Source: Candidatus Saccharimonadota bacterium
Lineage (GTDB): Bacteria > Patescibacteriota > Saccharimonadia > Saccharimonadales > UBA4665
Length of the DNA: 32,000 nucleotides
Reading direction: 5' to 3'
Assembly: GCA_963716945.1 (NCBI GenBank)
Contig: OY970322.1
Location: 1 to 32,000, forward strand
Made by a program: the position numbers and the translations under genes. Positions 1-8,646 of the stretch are shown here, one piece after another. Position 1 is the stretch's first letter. Every line of letters starts with the position of its first letter. The notes beneath the pieces are model-generated. The model had not been told where the DNA came from. It did no database searches and saw only the letters and a list, made by a program, of their open reading frames with translations.

Positions 1-1
1 C

Positions 2-313
2 GGCAAAGTAGTGACTTACCTGGAAAGGCTGGCCGGCATAACCCACGAACGCCATAAGCCGGCTAAACAATCAGGCGGGTCCGCCGAACAGACTTACACC
101 GACCCGGAAGGCCAGGAATGGGAAATAGCGGTCCTTGAAACGCTCAAGTGCCACCACCACTTCGCCGGCTGCTGCAAAGACGAGATCCGGCCCGGCAAGC
201 CGATAGTGGCCGTTCCGAGCCGCCGGACCGGCGATCTGTCAATTCACATCCCGGGCTGCGTCAACTTGCCGGATGACGGACGGGTGCTGGAATCCAGCTG
301 GCACGCAGCCTAG
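2..313 (+). CDS. hypothetical protein, probably the 3' part of a gene starting upstream of the window
   Basis: The frame is open from nt 2 to TAG 311-313 with GC-rich third positions. The track ORF 11..313 merely starts at an internal GTG. Cys/His-rich tail (KCHHHFAGCC...PGC); no family recognised. Confidence 0.4.
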   Translation, partial: GKVVTYLERLAGITHERHKPAKQSGGSAEQTYTDPEGQEWEIAVLETLKCHHHFAGCCKDEIRPGKPIVAVPSRRTGDLSIHIPGCVNLPDDGRVLESSWHAA

Positions 314-360
314 GCCTCCAGGCAAGCTTGAGCCTTTAAGCTTATTGCCAGCCTGGCATG

Positions 361-366
361 TATAAT
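361..366 (+). promoter_or_regulatory. -10 hexamer TATAAT, 8 nt before the ugd ATG (leaderless or near-leaderless mRNA)
   Basis: TATAAT at 361-366, ATG at 375, and no Shine-Dalgarno sequence can fit between them. Confidence 0.5.
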
Positions 367-374
367 AGAACCTT

Positions 375-1709
375 ATGAAAGTGGCGATTGTCGGAACCGG
401 TTATGTCGGGTTGGTGACCGGTTGCTGCCTGGCCGAGGCCGGCAACGACGTCGTTTGCATCGACAATAACGAGAGCAAAGTGGCCGATATGCGGGCTGGT
501 ATCGTGCCGATTTACGAACCCGGCCTGGAAGAGTACATGAAACGCAACCAGGAGAACGGCCGCCTGACCTTTACTACCAGTCTGGCCGAAGGCGTGGCCG
601 GCAGCCAGGCGATTTTCCTGGCTTTGCCGACGCCGCCGATGGAAGACGGTTCGGCCGATTTGTCGGCCGTCTTGTCGGTAGCCGCGGCACTCGGCAACTG
701 CTTGCCCGAAAATTACTGCGTTGTGATCGACAAAAGCACCGTGCCGGTCGGAACCGCCGAGGCCGTACATGAAGCCATTGCCGTCAAAGCCGGCAGCCGG
801 TTCGACGTCGTGTCCAACCCCGAGTTTCTGCGTGAGGGCCATGCCGTCGAGGACTTCATGCAGCCGGAACGTGTCGTCGTCGGTGCCGCTTCGCCGGAAG
901 CCGAAGCCGTGATGCGGGAACTCTACGCGCCTTTCGTCGATGACGACCGGCCGCTATACGTTACCGACCCGCGGACCGCCGAGCTGGCCAAATACGCCGC
1001 TAATACTTTTCTGGTAACCAAAATAAGCTTCATGAATGAAATGGCGCAGCTCTGCGAACGCATGGGCGCCGATGTCGACATGCTGCGCCAAGCAATCGGC
1101 AGCGACAGCCGGATCGGCCACAAGTTCCTCTATCCGGGCATCGGTTGCGGCGGCAGCTGCTTCCCCAAAGACGTGCGGGCGCTCAAACACATGTCCGAAG
1201 AGCACGGCTATGACTTCAAGCTGCTAGCCGCGGCCATGAGCATTAATGACCAGCAGCAAAATGTTCTGGTCGACAAGCTGCTGCAGCATTTCGACGGCAA
1301 GATCGACGGCCTGACGTTCGCTCTCTGGGGCTTGGCTTTCAAACCCCATACCGATGACATCCGCGAAGCGCCGGCCCTGGTCATTATCAACCGCTTGCTG
1401 GAAGCAGGCGCTAAAGTCGCGGCTTATGACCCCGAAGCCGCCGCTAACGTACGGGCTCTCTACAAGGATGACGACCGGGTAGTTATAGTAGACGAGAAGC
1501 ATCAGGCCCTGGCTTCGGCTTCGGCCTTGCTCGTAGCTACCGAATGGCCCGAGTTCGGCAACGCGGATTTGAAACGGATCGGCCAGAGCCTCAAGCAGCC
1601 GGTGGTCTTTGACGGCCGCAACGTCTTCCGTAATGACGCCATGCAAAAGGCCGGTTTCGCCTATTACAGCATTGGCCGCCAGCCGGTTGCTGTTAGTATT
1701 AAAGGGTGA
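375..1709 (+). CDS. ugd: UDP-glucose 6-dehydrogenase
   Basis: 444 aa. N-terminal Rossmann motif MKVAIVGTGYVGLV, catalytic-Cys motif GGSCFPKDVRAL, and full-length colinearity with the UDP-glucose/GDP-mannose dehydrogenase family. Confidence 0.95.
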   Translation: MKVAIVGTGYVGLVTGCCLAEAGNDVVCIDNNESKVADMRAGIVPIYEPGLEEYMKRNQENGRLTFTTSLAEGVAGSQAIFLALPTPPMEDGSADLSAVLSVAAALGNCLPENYCVVIDKSTVPVGTAEAVHEAIAVKAGSRFDVVSNPEFLREGHAVEDFMQPERVVVGAASPEAEAVMRELYAPFVDDDRPLYVTDPRTAELAKYAANTFLVTKISFMNEMAQLCERMGADVDMLRQAIGSDSRIGHKFLYPGIGCGGSCFPKDVRALKHMSEEHGYDFKLLAAAMSINDQQQNVLVDKLLQHFDGKIDGLTFALWGLAFKPHTDDIREAPALVIINRLLEAGAKVAAYDPEAAANVRALYKDDDRVVIVDEKHQALASASALLVATEWPEFGNADLKRIGQSLKQPVVFDGRNVFRNDAMQKAGFAYYSIGRQPVAVSIKG

Positions 1710-2470
1710 AGCTCCGCCTCCTCCTGATATTGACGGGTGTCTTTCTGGCTCTGGTGATTTTCATCGTAGCCGAGTTGTTGATTATCAAATATAACGGCTC
1801 GCCCGTGCCGGCCCCCGATATCCCGCGCGGGCCGGAAGTACTCGGCTCGGGACCGGCCTTAACATACGTCGTCATGGGCGACAGTACTTCAATCGGCCAA
1901 GGTGCGGATTACAACGACAGCTATGCTTTGGCCAGCGCTAGGAAGCTGGCTGCCGGCCACCGGGTTAAATTCGTTAATGTCGGCATTTCCGGGGCCACCG
2001 CCAAGAGCGTCTTGGACATACAGCTGCCTAAGGCCGTCAAATACAAGCCGGACATCGTTTTGCTGGCGGTAGGCGCCAATGACGCCACGCACTTTACGAG
2101 CGGCAAATCTATCCAACAGTCGCTGCAAAGAATTATTGACGGCTTGAAGCAGGCTAACTGCAACGTCCGGATCGTTGTCACCGGCTCGCCCGCCATGGAT
2201 TCGACCGCCCGTTTCCCCTGGCCCGCCAAGCAGCTCATGGGCCTGCGGACCAAGCAGGTCAATGCCGCTTTCGCCCCCATAATTAGGGAAAACGGCTTGA
2301 CGCTGGCGCCAATCGCCGCCAAGACCCGGGCCGCCTTCTTGGCCGACCCCACCCTGCTGGCCGCCGACAAGTTTCATCCCGACGACCGCGGCTACGCGCT
2401 TTGGATACCGGTCATTAACCAGGCCCTCGACCAGGCCTTGAAAACGCCGCTCCCGGCTAACTGTCCTTAA
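1706..2470 (+). CDS. SGNH/GDSL-family hydrolase, membrane-anchored or secreted
   Basis: N-terminal TM helix, block I VVMGDSTSIG, block III VGANDA, block V DKFHPDDRGY. The GTG start overlaps the ugd stop (GTGA), suggesting translational coupling. Confidence 0.85.
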   Translation: MKLRLLLILTGVFLALVIFIVAELLIIKYNGSPVPAPDIPRGPEVLGSGPALTYVVMGDSTSIGQGADYNDSYALASARKLAAGHRVKFVNVGISGATAKSVLDIQLPKAVKYKPDIVLLAVGANDATHFTSGKSIQQSLQRIIDGLKQANCNVRIVVTGSPAMDSTARFPWPAKQLMGLRTKQVNAAFAPIIRENGLTLAPIAAKTRAAFLADPTLLAADKFHPDDRGYALWIPVINQALDQALKTPLPANCP

Positions 2471-2511
2471 AGCCGCCCAAAGGTGTTAAACTAGATAAGC
2501 AAATTGTGTAG

Positions 2512-2588
2512 GCGCCCGTAGCTCAGCTGGATAGAGCGTTGGTTTCCGGTACCAAAGGTCGGGGGTTCGAATCCCTTCGGGCGTACCA
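2512..2588 (+). tRNA. tRNA-Arg (anticodon CCG), CCA encoded
   Basis: Hand-folded cloverleaf. Acceptor GCGCCCG/CGGGCGT (G1.U72). D arm GCTC-AGCTGGATA-GAGC. Anticodon arm TTGGT-TTCCGGT-ACCAA. T arm GGGGG-TTCGAAT-CCCTT. A73 then CCA. Confidence 0.9.
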
Positions 2589-2602
2589 ATTCAGCATTAT
2601 AC

Positions 2603-3391
2603 CTAAGGCCGTACGTGTATGGCCGTCATGAAGTCCACGTCGTCGCCGGCCCACTCCATGACGGTATCCATGGTCTTGCCAAAGCGTATTACATCGTCAA
2701 AAATGACCGTCCCCGGAGGCATTCGATAGTCGTCCATTATCGGCTTGACGGTCGTGGACGGCGGCTTGCCTTCCATTACAAAACCGATCGGCAGTTCGCC
2801 CTGGCCCAGGAAATCAGGGTTAATGACGCCAAGCTGACCGCCTTCGTCAAGACTATACTTAGCTAGTACGTCAAGCGCGATAAAGGGATAGCTGGCCACC
2901 ATAAATAACGGCGTCTCGGTATGGCCGGCTAAGTCATTGCGCAGGACTTCGTCAAAGACCTCCACGTCCCCCATCGGCCCGTGACGCGAGAACTGGCCCA
3001 GCTTTTCGGCTGCCACGGTGCTTGACCTGGCTTTCATGGCCGCCGTACCGACCCGTATATCTTCCAGTTCAAGCCTCTCGTATTCGAACGATAGCGAAGC
3101 CAGTTTTTGCAGCATCCGAGCCTGCAAACGATGGTCAAATTCAACGCCTTTTACGCCCAGGTAGAAGGCGGCTCGCGGAAAGCCGTTGCGCTGCAGGCTT
3201 TCGACTTCCTCGCCGGACAGCCGGGCACCGCGGTAACTCATGGCGTACCTTACCGGTTCCGGCAAGACTTCAACGTCCCAGGCCTGGCGTCCGCTTCTTA
3301 GAGAGCCCAGGAGCCGGCGCCCCAGGCCGGCCGGTCGGCGGTCGGCTTTGTCATTACCTTCGGCTGCGCTATGCTTACGGATTTCACTCAT
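2603..3391 (-). CDS. hypothetical cytoplasmic protein; C-terminal third weakly resembles a type I phosphoribosyltransferase PRPP-binding core
   Basis: 262-aa ORF with coding-like GC3 and its own -10 plus SD (AAGGA 9 nt upstream). The segment [18 protein letters not shown] resembles the PRTase motif (hydrophobic x4, DD, x, xx, G, x, T), but the usual T/S before the G is an F. Confidence 0.55.
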   Translation of the reverse strand: MSEIRKHSAAEGNDKADRRPAGLGRRLLGSLRSGRQAWDVEVLPEPVRYAMSYRGARLSGEEVESLQRNGFPRAAFYLGVKGVEFDHRLQARMLQKLASLSFEYERLELEDIRVGTAAMKARSSTVAAEKLGQFSRHGPMGDVEVFDEVLRNDLAGHTETPLFMVASYPFIALDVLAKYSLDEGGQLGVINPDFLGQGELPIGFVMEGKPPSTTVKPIMDDYRMPPGTVIFDDVIRFGKTMDTVMEWAGDDVDFMTAIHVRP

Positions 3392-3414
3392 GCGAAAACG
3401 TCCTTATCTCTGTA

Positions 3415-3420
3415 ATTATA
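3415..3420 (-). promoter_or_regulatory. -10 hexamer TATAAT for the 2603..3391 gene
   Basis: The minus strand reads GGTATAATTACAGAGATAAGGACGTTTTCGCATG: a -10, a ~23-nt leader, an AAGGA SD, then ATG. Confidence 0.45.
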
Positions 3421-3444
3421 CCACTTTATAATTATTTTTGCAAA

Positions 3445-4179
3445 CTAAAGCTGCTGGACGAACTGGCTGGAACACGGAAAGTTCTGATCATACTTGGGAG
3501 TGTACTGGGTCAGCCAGACTTGGCCGCCGGTGAAAGCCGGTTCGCGGCAGGCCTTAACGGCCGCGGCCTTGTCGGCAGCACCGGTAGCCAGCCAGACCGG
3601 CAGCTGGTTGCGCCACTGGCCGGCGATTTGCTGCCATTGGAGCGGCGCCGAATAAATTCCCACCGTCGGTGACCATATCTGCTGCCTGATCGCGTCGACG
3701 GCGCCGGCCAGGAACTGGCGGTTGACCAGGACGTTGCCCGTCCAGCTGTTTTCGGTTTCGACATCGAGCCACCAGGAACTGGAGTGGACGTTTTCGCGAT
3801 CGGCGTACTTGATGGCGTAGAGGCCCTCGTTGAAGCCGTAGTTATAAGCCAGGCAGCCGCTATCGTAGAAGCCGCAGCGAATCGGCGTATCAATGTATTT
3901 CCTGGCCCTGGCATCGCCTGGATAACCGGTATTGACGTAGACGGCGTAGTGACTGAACCAAGTAGCTTCGGTGGCCAGGCAGGGGTTGGCGTGGAAGTCG
4001 AGGCCGCCGGTAATACCGATGATGCCGGTAGCAAAAACGTCTTCCGGCAGCTTGCCGCAGTTCGGCCATGAGACATCGACGATTACGTTCCTATAGCTAG
4101 TACCCGACGGCCGGCCGGCCATAGCCACGATAACCAAAACCGCGGCGGCGGCCAGAATTAAAAAGGCTCGGAGCTTCAT
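3445..4179 (-). CDS. secreted GH25-like / Rv2525c-like (DUF1906-type) glycoside-hydrolase-fold protein, putative peptidoglycan hydrolase
   Basis: Signal peptide MKLRAFLILAAAAVLVIVAMAG. Motifs VIVDVSWPNCG, YAVYVNTGYPG and SSSWWLDVETENSW match the pattern of lysozyme-like TIM-barrel proteins. Confidence 0.6.
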   Translation of the reverse strand: MKLRAFLILAAAAVLVIVAMAGRPSGTSYRNVIVDVSWPNCGKLPEDVFATGIIGITGGLDFHANPCLATEATWFSHYAVYVNTGYPGDARARKYIDTPIRCGFYDSGCLAYNYGFNEGLYAIKYADRENVHSSSWWLDVETENSWTGNVLVNRQFLAGAVDAIRQQIWSPTVGIYSAPLQWQQIAGQWRNQLPVWLATGAADKAAAVKACREPAFTGGQVWLTQYTPKYDQNFPCSSQFVQQL

Positions 4180-4185
4180 ACTTCA

Positions 4186-4191
4186 ATCATA
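4186..4191 (-). promoter_or_regulatory. -10 hexamer TATGAT, 6 nt before the ATG of 3445..4179 (leaderless)
   Basis: The minus strand reads GCTACTATGATTGAAGTATG. Confidence 0.4.
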
Positions 4192-4242
4192 GTAGCACAG
4201 CGTTAACAGGACTGGCGTGCCGGAACCGGCGGCCAGGCCAGA

Positions 4243-4791
4243 CTAGTCGGTGACGGCAGAGCTGGAGGGCGCTGGTGTTCCGGACGAGTCCGATTGTCCG
4301 GACGCACCGCTGCTGCCGCCACCGGCGCCGCCGCCGAAGCCGGGGTTAACCAAAATCCGGGCAGCTTGGGTCTTGTCGGTCGTGCTGGCCGAGACCAGGA
4401 CCGTGTCACCGGTCTGAATATCGCTGGTCGTGACGGTTTGTCCGTTATCGGTAATTTGCGTGCTGCTGGTAATGCTCAGCGTCGTGCTGGCATTGGTGTT
4501 GGTGTTTTGGACGGTGATACTGGTACTGCTGATTGCCGTCACTTGGCCGATTGTCGGACGCTGGCCGCCGAAACGACCGCGGCCGCCGAAGCCGCCCGGA
4601 CCGGCAGAATTGCCGGCCGCGGCCACTGATTTAGGCTGTTTGGATTTCTGGTAAGCGGTGCCGCCATAAAAACTCAAAGCCATCAGCACGACTACGGCTA
4701 CGATTGCCAGCCAGGTTCGGGACACCGTGATTTGGGTACCGTTCGCGGCCGTCATTTCCCGGTGTTTTTCGCCTGATATATATTCGGCCAT
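4243..4791 (-). CDS. single-pass membrane protein with Gly-rich linkers and a small beta-rich (DUF5666-like) ectodomain; last gene of the TCS-ABC operon
   Basis: TM helix [18 protein letters not shown]. Gly-rich [16 protein letters not shown] and [14 protein letters not shown] flank [14 protein letters not shown]...[15 protein letters not shown]...[12 protein letters not shown]. The start lies 2 nt after the ATPase stop. Confidence 0.7.
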   Translation of the reverse strand: MAEYISGEKHREMTAANGTQITVSRTWLAIVAVVVLMALSFYGGTAYQKSKQPKSVAAAGNSAGPGGFGGRGRFGGQRPTIGQVTAISSTSITVQNTNTNASTTLSITSSTQITDNGQTVTTSDIQTGDTVLVSASTTDKTQAARILVNPGFGGGAGGGSSGASGQSDSSGTPAPSSSAVTD

Positions 4792-4793
4792 GG

Positions 4794-5465
4794 CTATTTA
4801 TCCTTGAACTTTCCGTCTTTCAAGCGGAATGTCTTATCGGTCTTGCCGGCGATTTCCAGGTCGTGCGTGACGGTGACGATGGTCGTGTTTTCGCTTTTGG
4901 CCAGACCGTGCAACAGGTCGAAGATCATCTTGCCGGTTTGCGAATCAAGGTTGCCGGTCGGCTCGTCGGCCAGTATCAGCTTCGGCCTGTTGGCCAGGGC
5001 CCGGGCGATAGCCACCCGCTGCTGCTCGCCGCCTGATAAACGGCCCGGCTTGCGCTGCTGCTTGTCATCCGACAAACCGACTTGGTCAAGCAGTTTCTTA
5101 GCCCGCTCGACCCGCTCTTGCTTAGGCACTTTGGCGAATTCCATCGGCAGCAGAACGTTTTCCAATGCCGTCAGATTCGGGACCAGATTATAGCCCTGAA
5201 AAACGAAGCCGATCTTCCGGCAGCGGTACTGTATCAGCTCGTGGTCATGCATTTGGCTGATGTCGTTGCCGTCGATTTCGATACTGCCCTCGGTCGGTTT
5301 GTCCAAAGCGCCCAGCAGGCTCAGCAACGTAGTTTTGCCGCTGCCGCTCCGGCCGACGATCGACGCGAACTGGCCTTCCGGGATCGTGAACGACACCCCG
5401 TTGACGGCCGCCACCTTGAGGTCGCCGGCCTGAAAAATTTTCTTAAGTCCTTTTACTTTCAACAT
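4794..5465 (-). CDS. ABC transporter ATP-binding protein (MacB/LolD/FtsE-like)
   Basis: Walker [11 protein letters not shown]-loop, signature [15 protein letters not shown], Walker [10 protein letters not shown]-loop VTHD. Confidence 0.95.
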   Translation of the reverse strand: MLKVKGLKKIFQAGDLKVAAVNGVSFTIPEGQFASIVGRSGSGKTTLLSLLGALDKPTEGSIEIDGNDISQMHDHELIQYRCRKIGFVFQGYNLVPNLTALENVLLPMEFAKVPKQERVERAKKLLDQVGLSDDKQQRKPGRLSGGEQQRVAIARALANRPKLILADEPTGNLDSQTGKMIFDLLHGLAKSENTTIVTVTHDLEIAGKTDKTFRLKDGKFKDK

Positions 5466-5466
5466 A

Positions 5467-6855
5467 TTATTCTGCCCTCATTACTTCCGCTGGCCTTACT
5501 TTTGCTATGAAGAACGACGCGATGGCGCTGCCGGCGACGGCGATAATAATCGCCGCGGCGAAGCCGTACAAAATGATGCTCCAGCCGATCGAAGCATGAA
5601 TCGACGACAAGCTGTTGCGGAAACCGCCGCCGAAGCCGCGCCGGGCCGCGCCTATCGTCCTGACAACACCGCCGCCCCCGCCGCCGAAAGCGCCCGGTAC
5701 CGCGGCGGTCGAAGTGCTGTTATTAACCAGCAGTTTGGTAATCGGGTTGCCGGCCGCGACGCCTAGCGCTATGCCGATAACGGCCCCCAGCACGGTCAGC
5801 GTCACGGCTTCGGTCATGAACTGGAACATGACTTTGGCGTTAGAGGCGCCGATGGCCTTGAGGACGCCGATTTCGCGGCGGCGTTCGCGGACAATCATTA
5901 TCATGGTCAAAAGGATTATGACGGCGCCGGCAACGACCGCGCCAATTAGGCTGTAGAGTGAAATCGTCTGGATGTTTTGCAGCGGCTGAACGGTCTGCTG
6001 GGCGGTGGCCGCGGCGTTAGTTACGTCGGCGGCGCTGCCCAGGACCTTTTCGGCGGCCGATGTCACGCTGTTTACGTTGGTAATCGAGTCGACATTGACG
6101 GTGGCGCTCGTAATGTCACCGGCCTGCCCGGAAAGCGTCTGAGCAGTGGCCAGCGGCATGATGACCTGGTTGTTGGAGAACGTGTTGCCGGCGTCAAATA
6201 TACCGACGACTTTGATGGACGTATTGTAAGCCGTGAAGGTCGAGCCGACTTTCAGGTTGTTCTTGCTGGCCAGGCTGCTGCCCACCAGCGCCACGTTATC
6301 GGTGGAAGTCGAACTGAAGACCGAACCGCTTTTGAGCGTAAAGGTGCCGCCGCCCGGGCCGGCCGCCGACAAGTCGGTCGGTGTAGTCGTACCGACCAAA
6401 GTAACCGGCGGCGTGAAGGTCTGGGTCGTGCCGCCGCCTTGGCCGCCGAACCCGCCACCGCCGCCACCGCCGCCAAACGACACGCCGCTGTTCTGGGCGA
6501 AACGCTGGCCGAGCGACCCGGCGCTAATTGCCGATTGCAGGTTGGAGTTGCTGGTTGTCAGCCTGTCTTCGAGGCTTTCGCTGACGCCGGTCACGTGGGC
6601 CAGCGTCTTGACTTTGGCCAGCTGCGCGTCGGTCAGCGGGTTGCCGCCGCCCTCAAAGCCGCGGACGCCGGCCGGCGAGATTGACACCGTGTTGCCGACC
6701 GAACCTTTGATGTCGGCTATTTTTTGACCGACGGCCTGGTGGGCTACCAGCATGGCCAGCGACAGGCCGATACTCAGGCCCAGAATCACGATTATAGAGA
6801 ATGTGCGTATCTGGTTGCGGAAAGCGTTGCGTACGCCGCGGGTTACTACATTCAT
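5467..6855 (-). CDS. ABC transporter permease, MacB/FtsX type with a large extracytoplasmic domain
   Basis: N-terminal TM, a ~280-aa extracytoplasmic domain, and a C-terminal FtsX module (VRERRREIGVLKAIGASNAKVMFQFMTEAV...). Poly-Gly inserts FGGGGGGGGFGGQGGG and GAFGGGGGGV...GFGGGF. SD AAGGAAAAATC then ATG. Confidence 0.9.
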   Translation of the reverse strand: MNVVTRGVRNAFRNQIRTFSIIVILGLSIGLSLAMLVAHQAVGQKIADIKGSVGNTVSISPAGVRGFEGGGNPLTDAQLAKVKTLAHVTGVSESLEDRLTTSNSNLQSAISAGSLGQRFAQNSGVSFGGGGGGGGFGGQGGGTTQTFTPPVTLVGTTTPTDLSAAGPGGGTFTLKSGSVFSSTSTDNVALVGSSLASKNNLKVGSTFTAYNTSIKVVGIFDAGNTFSNNQVIMPLATAQTLSGQAGDITSATVNVDSITNVNSVTSAAEKVLGSAADVTNAAATAQQTVQPLQNIQTISLYSLIGAVVAGAVIILLTMIMIVRERRREIGVLKAIGASNAKVMFQFMTEAVTLTVLGAVIGIALGVAAGNPITKLLVNNSTSTAAVPGAFGGGGGGVVRTIGAARRGFGGGFRNSLSSIHASIGWSIILYGFAAAIIIAVAGSAIASFFIAKVRPAEVMRAE

Positions 6856-6919
6856 GATTTTTCCTTGCTTAGTTTACTGATTCAATGCGAACTTTAGCAT
6901 CGCGATTATTAAAGGATGC

Positions 6920-7966
6920 TTAAAGCCCGGGCGGCTTCTGGGCGGCTGCCAGCGGCAGCTGGATGACGAACGTCGAACCCTGGCCCGGAGCGCTGCTAAC
7001 CGTAATCCGGCCGTGATGCTGGTCGACTATCTTGCGGGCTATGGACAAACCGATGCCGTAGCCGTCGGCAGCCGGCTTGGTCCGGGCCGGGTCGGCGCGG
7101 TAGAAACGGTCAAAAATCTTCGGCAAATCTTCGGCGGCGATGCCTATGCCCTCGTCCCTAACGCTGAGTGCGCCATGGCCGTCCTTGTCATAGCCTTCGA
7201 TGTGAACAGTGCTTTTCTCGGGGCTATATTTAACCGCGTTGTCCAATAGGATGGTGGCCACTTGCGCCAGCTTGGTCCGGTCGCCGGATACTTTAATGTC
7301 GGGTACCTTGTCGTCGATACTAATCTGTTTGGCCTGGGCGGCCGCCAAGACGCGGTTCATAGCTTCGCCGGCTATGTCCTGCAAAGATACCGGCTGGCTT
7401 ATCAACGGGCCGTTAATATCCTGGGCGGCCAAGCTGAGCAAACCGTCCGTCAGCCCCTGGAGCTTAATGATTTCTTCAGTGTTGCTCTTAATAGTGTCCT
7501 TGGCCTGCTTAAGGGTCAGATTAGGTTTGCGTTGGGCTACTTCATTACTGGTCAAGATGGCCGTCAGGGGCGTCCTCAGTTCATGCGAAGCGTCGGTTAC
7601 GAACCGGCTCTGGGCCTCCATGGCGCTCTCGATCGGTTGCAGCGTCCGGCGGGCCAGGTAGTAGCTAAGCGCCGCTCCCGCCACCAGCACGACCAGGTTC
7701 AGCAAAACCAGCCGGCCCTGGAGGTGGCCCCTGCCCTCTTCAATCCGCCGGTCAAAGAAATGGTGGTATTCCAGGCCTTCAGCCGGGTCGGGCTGCTCCG
7801 GGTTGAACATCGAAACCGGCGGTATTTGGCGGCCAAGTTCATGCGCCGAGGTCTTGTACAGGACATAGCTGAAGCTGATACTAAGCACCATGATAATGGC
7901 CAGGTAGGAAGCAGCCAGCCGGGCCGTCGTCGAGCCCAGGAAATCGGTTAGCCGGCGCATTGTCAC
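6920..7966 (-). CDS. sensor histidine kinase (HisKA + HATPase_c), two TM helices with a ~60-aa external loop
   Basis: H-box SHELRTPLTAI, N-box LLDNAVKYSP, G-boxes RDEGIGI and GYGIGLSIARKIV. There is a 4-nt overlap with the response-regulator stop. Confidence 0.92.
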   Translation of the reverse strand: MTMRRLTDFLGSTTARLAASYLAIIMVLSISFSYVLYKTSAHELGRQIPPVSMFNPEQPDPAEGLEYHHFFDRRIEEGRGHLQGRLVLLNLVVLVAGAALSYYLARRTLQPIESAMEAQSRFVTDASHELRTPLTAILTSNEVAQRKPNLTLKQAKDTIKSNTEEIIKLQGLTDGLLSLAAQDINGPLISQPVSLQDIAGEAMNRVLAAAQAKQISIDDKVPDIKVSGDRTKLAQVATILLDNAVKYSPEKSTVHIEGYDKDGHGALSVRDEGIGIAAEDLPKIFDRFYRADPARTKPAADGYGIGLSIARKIVDQHHGRITVSSAPGQGSTFVIQLPLAAAQKPPGL

Positions 7967-8640
7967 CCCGCCGGCCCCAGCTTATAGCCGAAGCCCCGGA
8001 TCGTCTGGATGAGCGGCGGGCCGTCGAACGGCTTGTCGATTTTAGCCCTCAGGTAAGCCACGAAGACTTCGACCGTATTAGGCAGGATATCGGCATCGAA
8101 GTTCCAGACATGGGTTATGATGTTGTTTTTGCTGAGTACTTTGTGCTCGTTGCGCAGCATATATTCCAGCAAGGCGTATTCCTTGGCCGATAGCATAATC
8201 ACCCGGCCTCCGCGTTTGACCTCTTTGGTAACCGTATTCAACGATAGGTCGGCCGAACTCAGGACCTCGCTCAGACTGTCCGGCGGCCGTCTTAACAAAG
8301 CCCTGATTCTGGCCAGCAGGACCTCGAACGAAAACGGTTTGGCCAAGTAGTCGTCGGCGCCGGTGTTAAGGCCTTGGACCACGTCGCGGTTCTGGTTGCG
8401 GGCGGTCAGCATCAGTATCGGCGTGTGGTTGGCGCTGGCGCGGATTTTCTGGCAGACTTCGAGGCCGCTGAGTTTAGGCAGCATGATGTCCAGGATAATC
8501 AGGTCATACTCGTCATTAAGGGCCGTGTTGAGGCCGGTTTCGCCGTCGTAGGCCAGATCCACGGCGTAGGATTCTTGCTCCAGGCCCTCTTTTAGCGCCT
8601 GGGCTATCTTATGTTCGTCTTCGACGACCAATATTCTCAT
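7963..8640 (-). CDS. OmpR-family response regulator
   Basis: Receiver domain MRILVVEDE...DLIILDIMLP...LTAR plus a winged-helix C-terminus (LSAKEYALLEYMLRN...IQTIRGFGYKL). I prefer ATG 8640 because a -10 hexamer sits 6 nt upstream; the track start at 8646 is TTG. Confidence 0.95.
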   Translation of the reverse strand: MRILVVEDEHKIAQALKEGLEQESYAVDLAYDGETGLNTALNDEYDLIILDIMLPKLSGLEVCQKIRASANHTPILMLTARNQNRDVVQGLNTGADDYLAKPFSFEVLLARIRALLRRPPDSLSEVLSSADLSLNTVTKEVKRGGRVIMLSAKEYALLEYMLRNEHKVLSKNNIITHVWNFDADILPNTVEVFVAYLRAKIDKPFDGPPLIQTIRGFGYKLGPAG

Positions 8641-8646
8641 AATCAA

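Noticed and set aside
1707-1709. Possibility of an alternative genetic code (UGA recoded), as in some candidate-phylum bacteria.
   Set aside because: ugd ends at TGA at exactly the expected family length. The zinc-ribbon membrane gene (14633) and the metalloprotease-like gene (17152-17154) also stop at TGA. No conserved protein requires read-through.
4200-4242. GC-rich palindromic stretch (CTGGCGTGCCGGAACCGGCGGCCAG) downstream of the DUF5666-like gene, considered as a terminator.
   Set aside because: A stem can form, but no U-tract follows on the minus strand, and the next gene's -10 lies immediately beyond. I cannot support it as an intrinsic terminator.
5977-6684. Long antisense ORFs inside recognised genes: 5977..6684 +, 6233..6727 +, 7262..7951 +, 8954..9733 +, 12666..13397 -, 29297..29911 +, 29994..30593 +, 17545..18042 +, 3022..3672 +.
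   Set aside because: In each case the opposite strand encodes a protein with clear family motifs (ABC permease, histidine kinase, XRE/MurB, MurA, RNase Y, surface protein). The antisense products are low-complexity Arg/Gly/Ala-rich strings, typical of stop-codon-poor frames in high-GC DNA.
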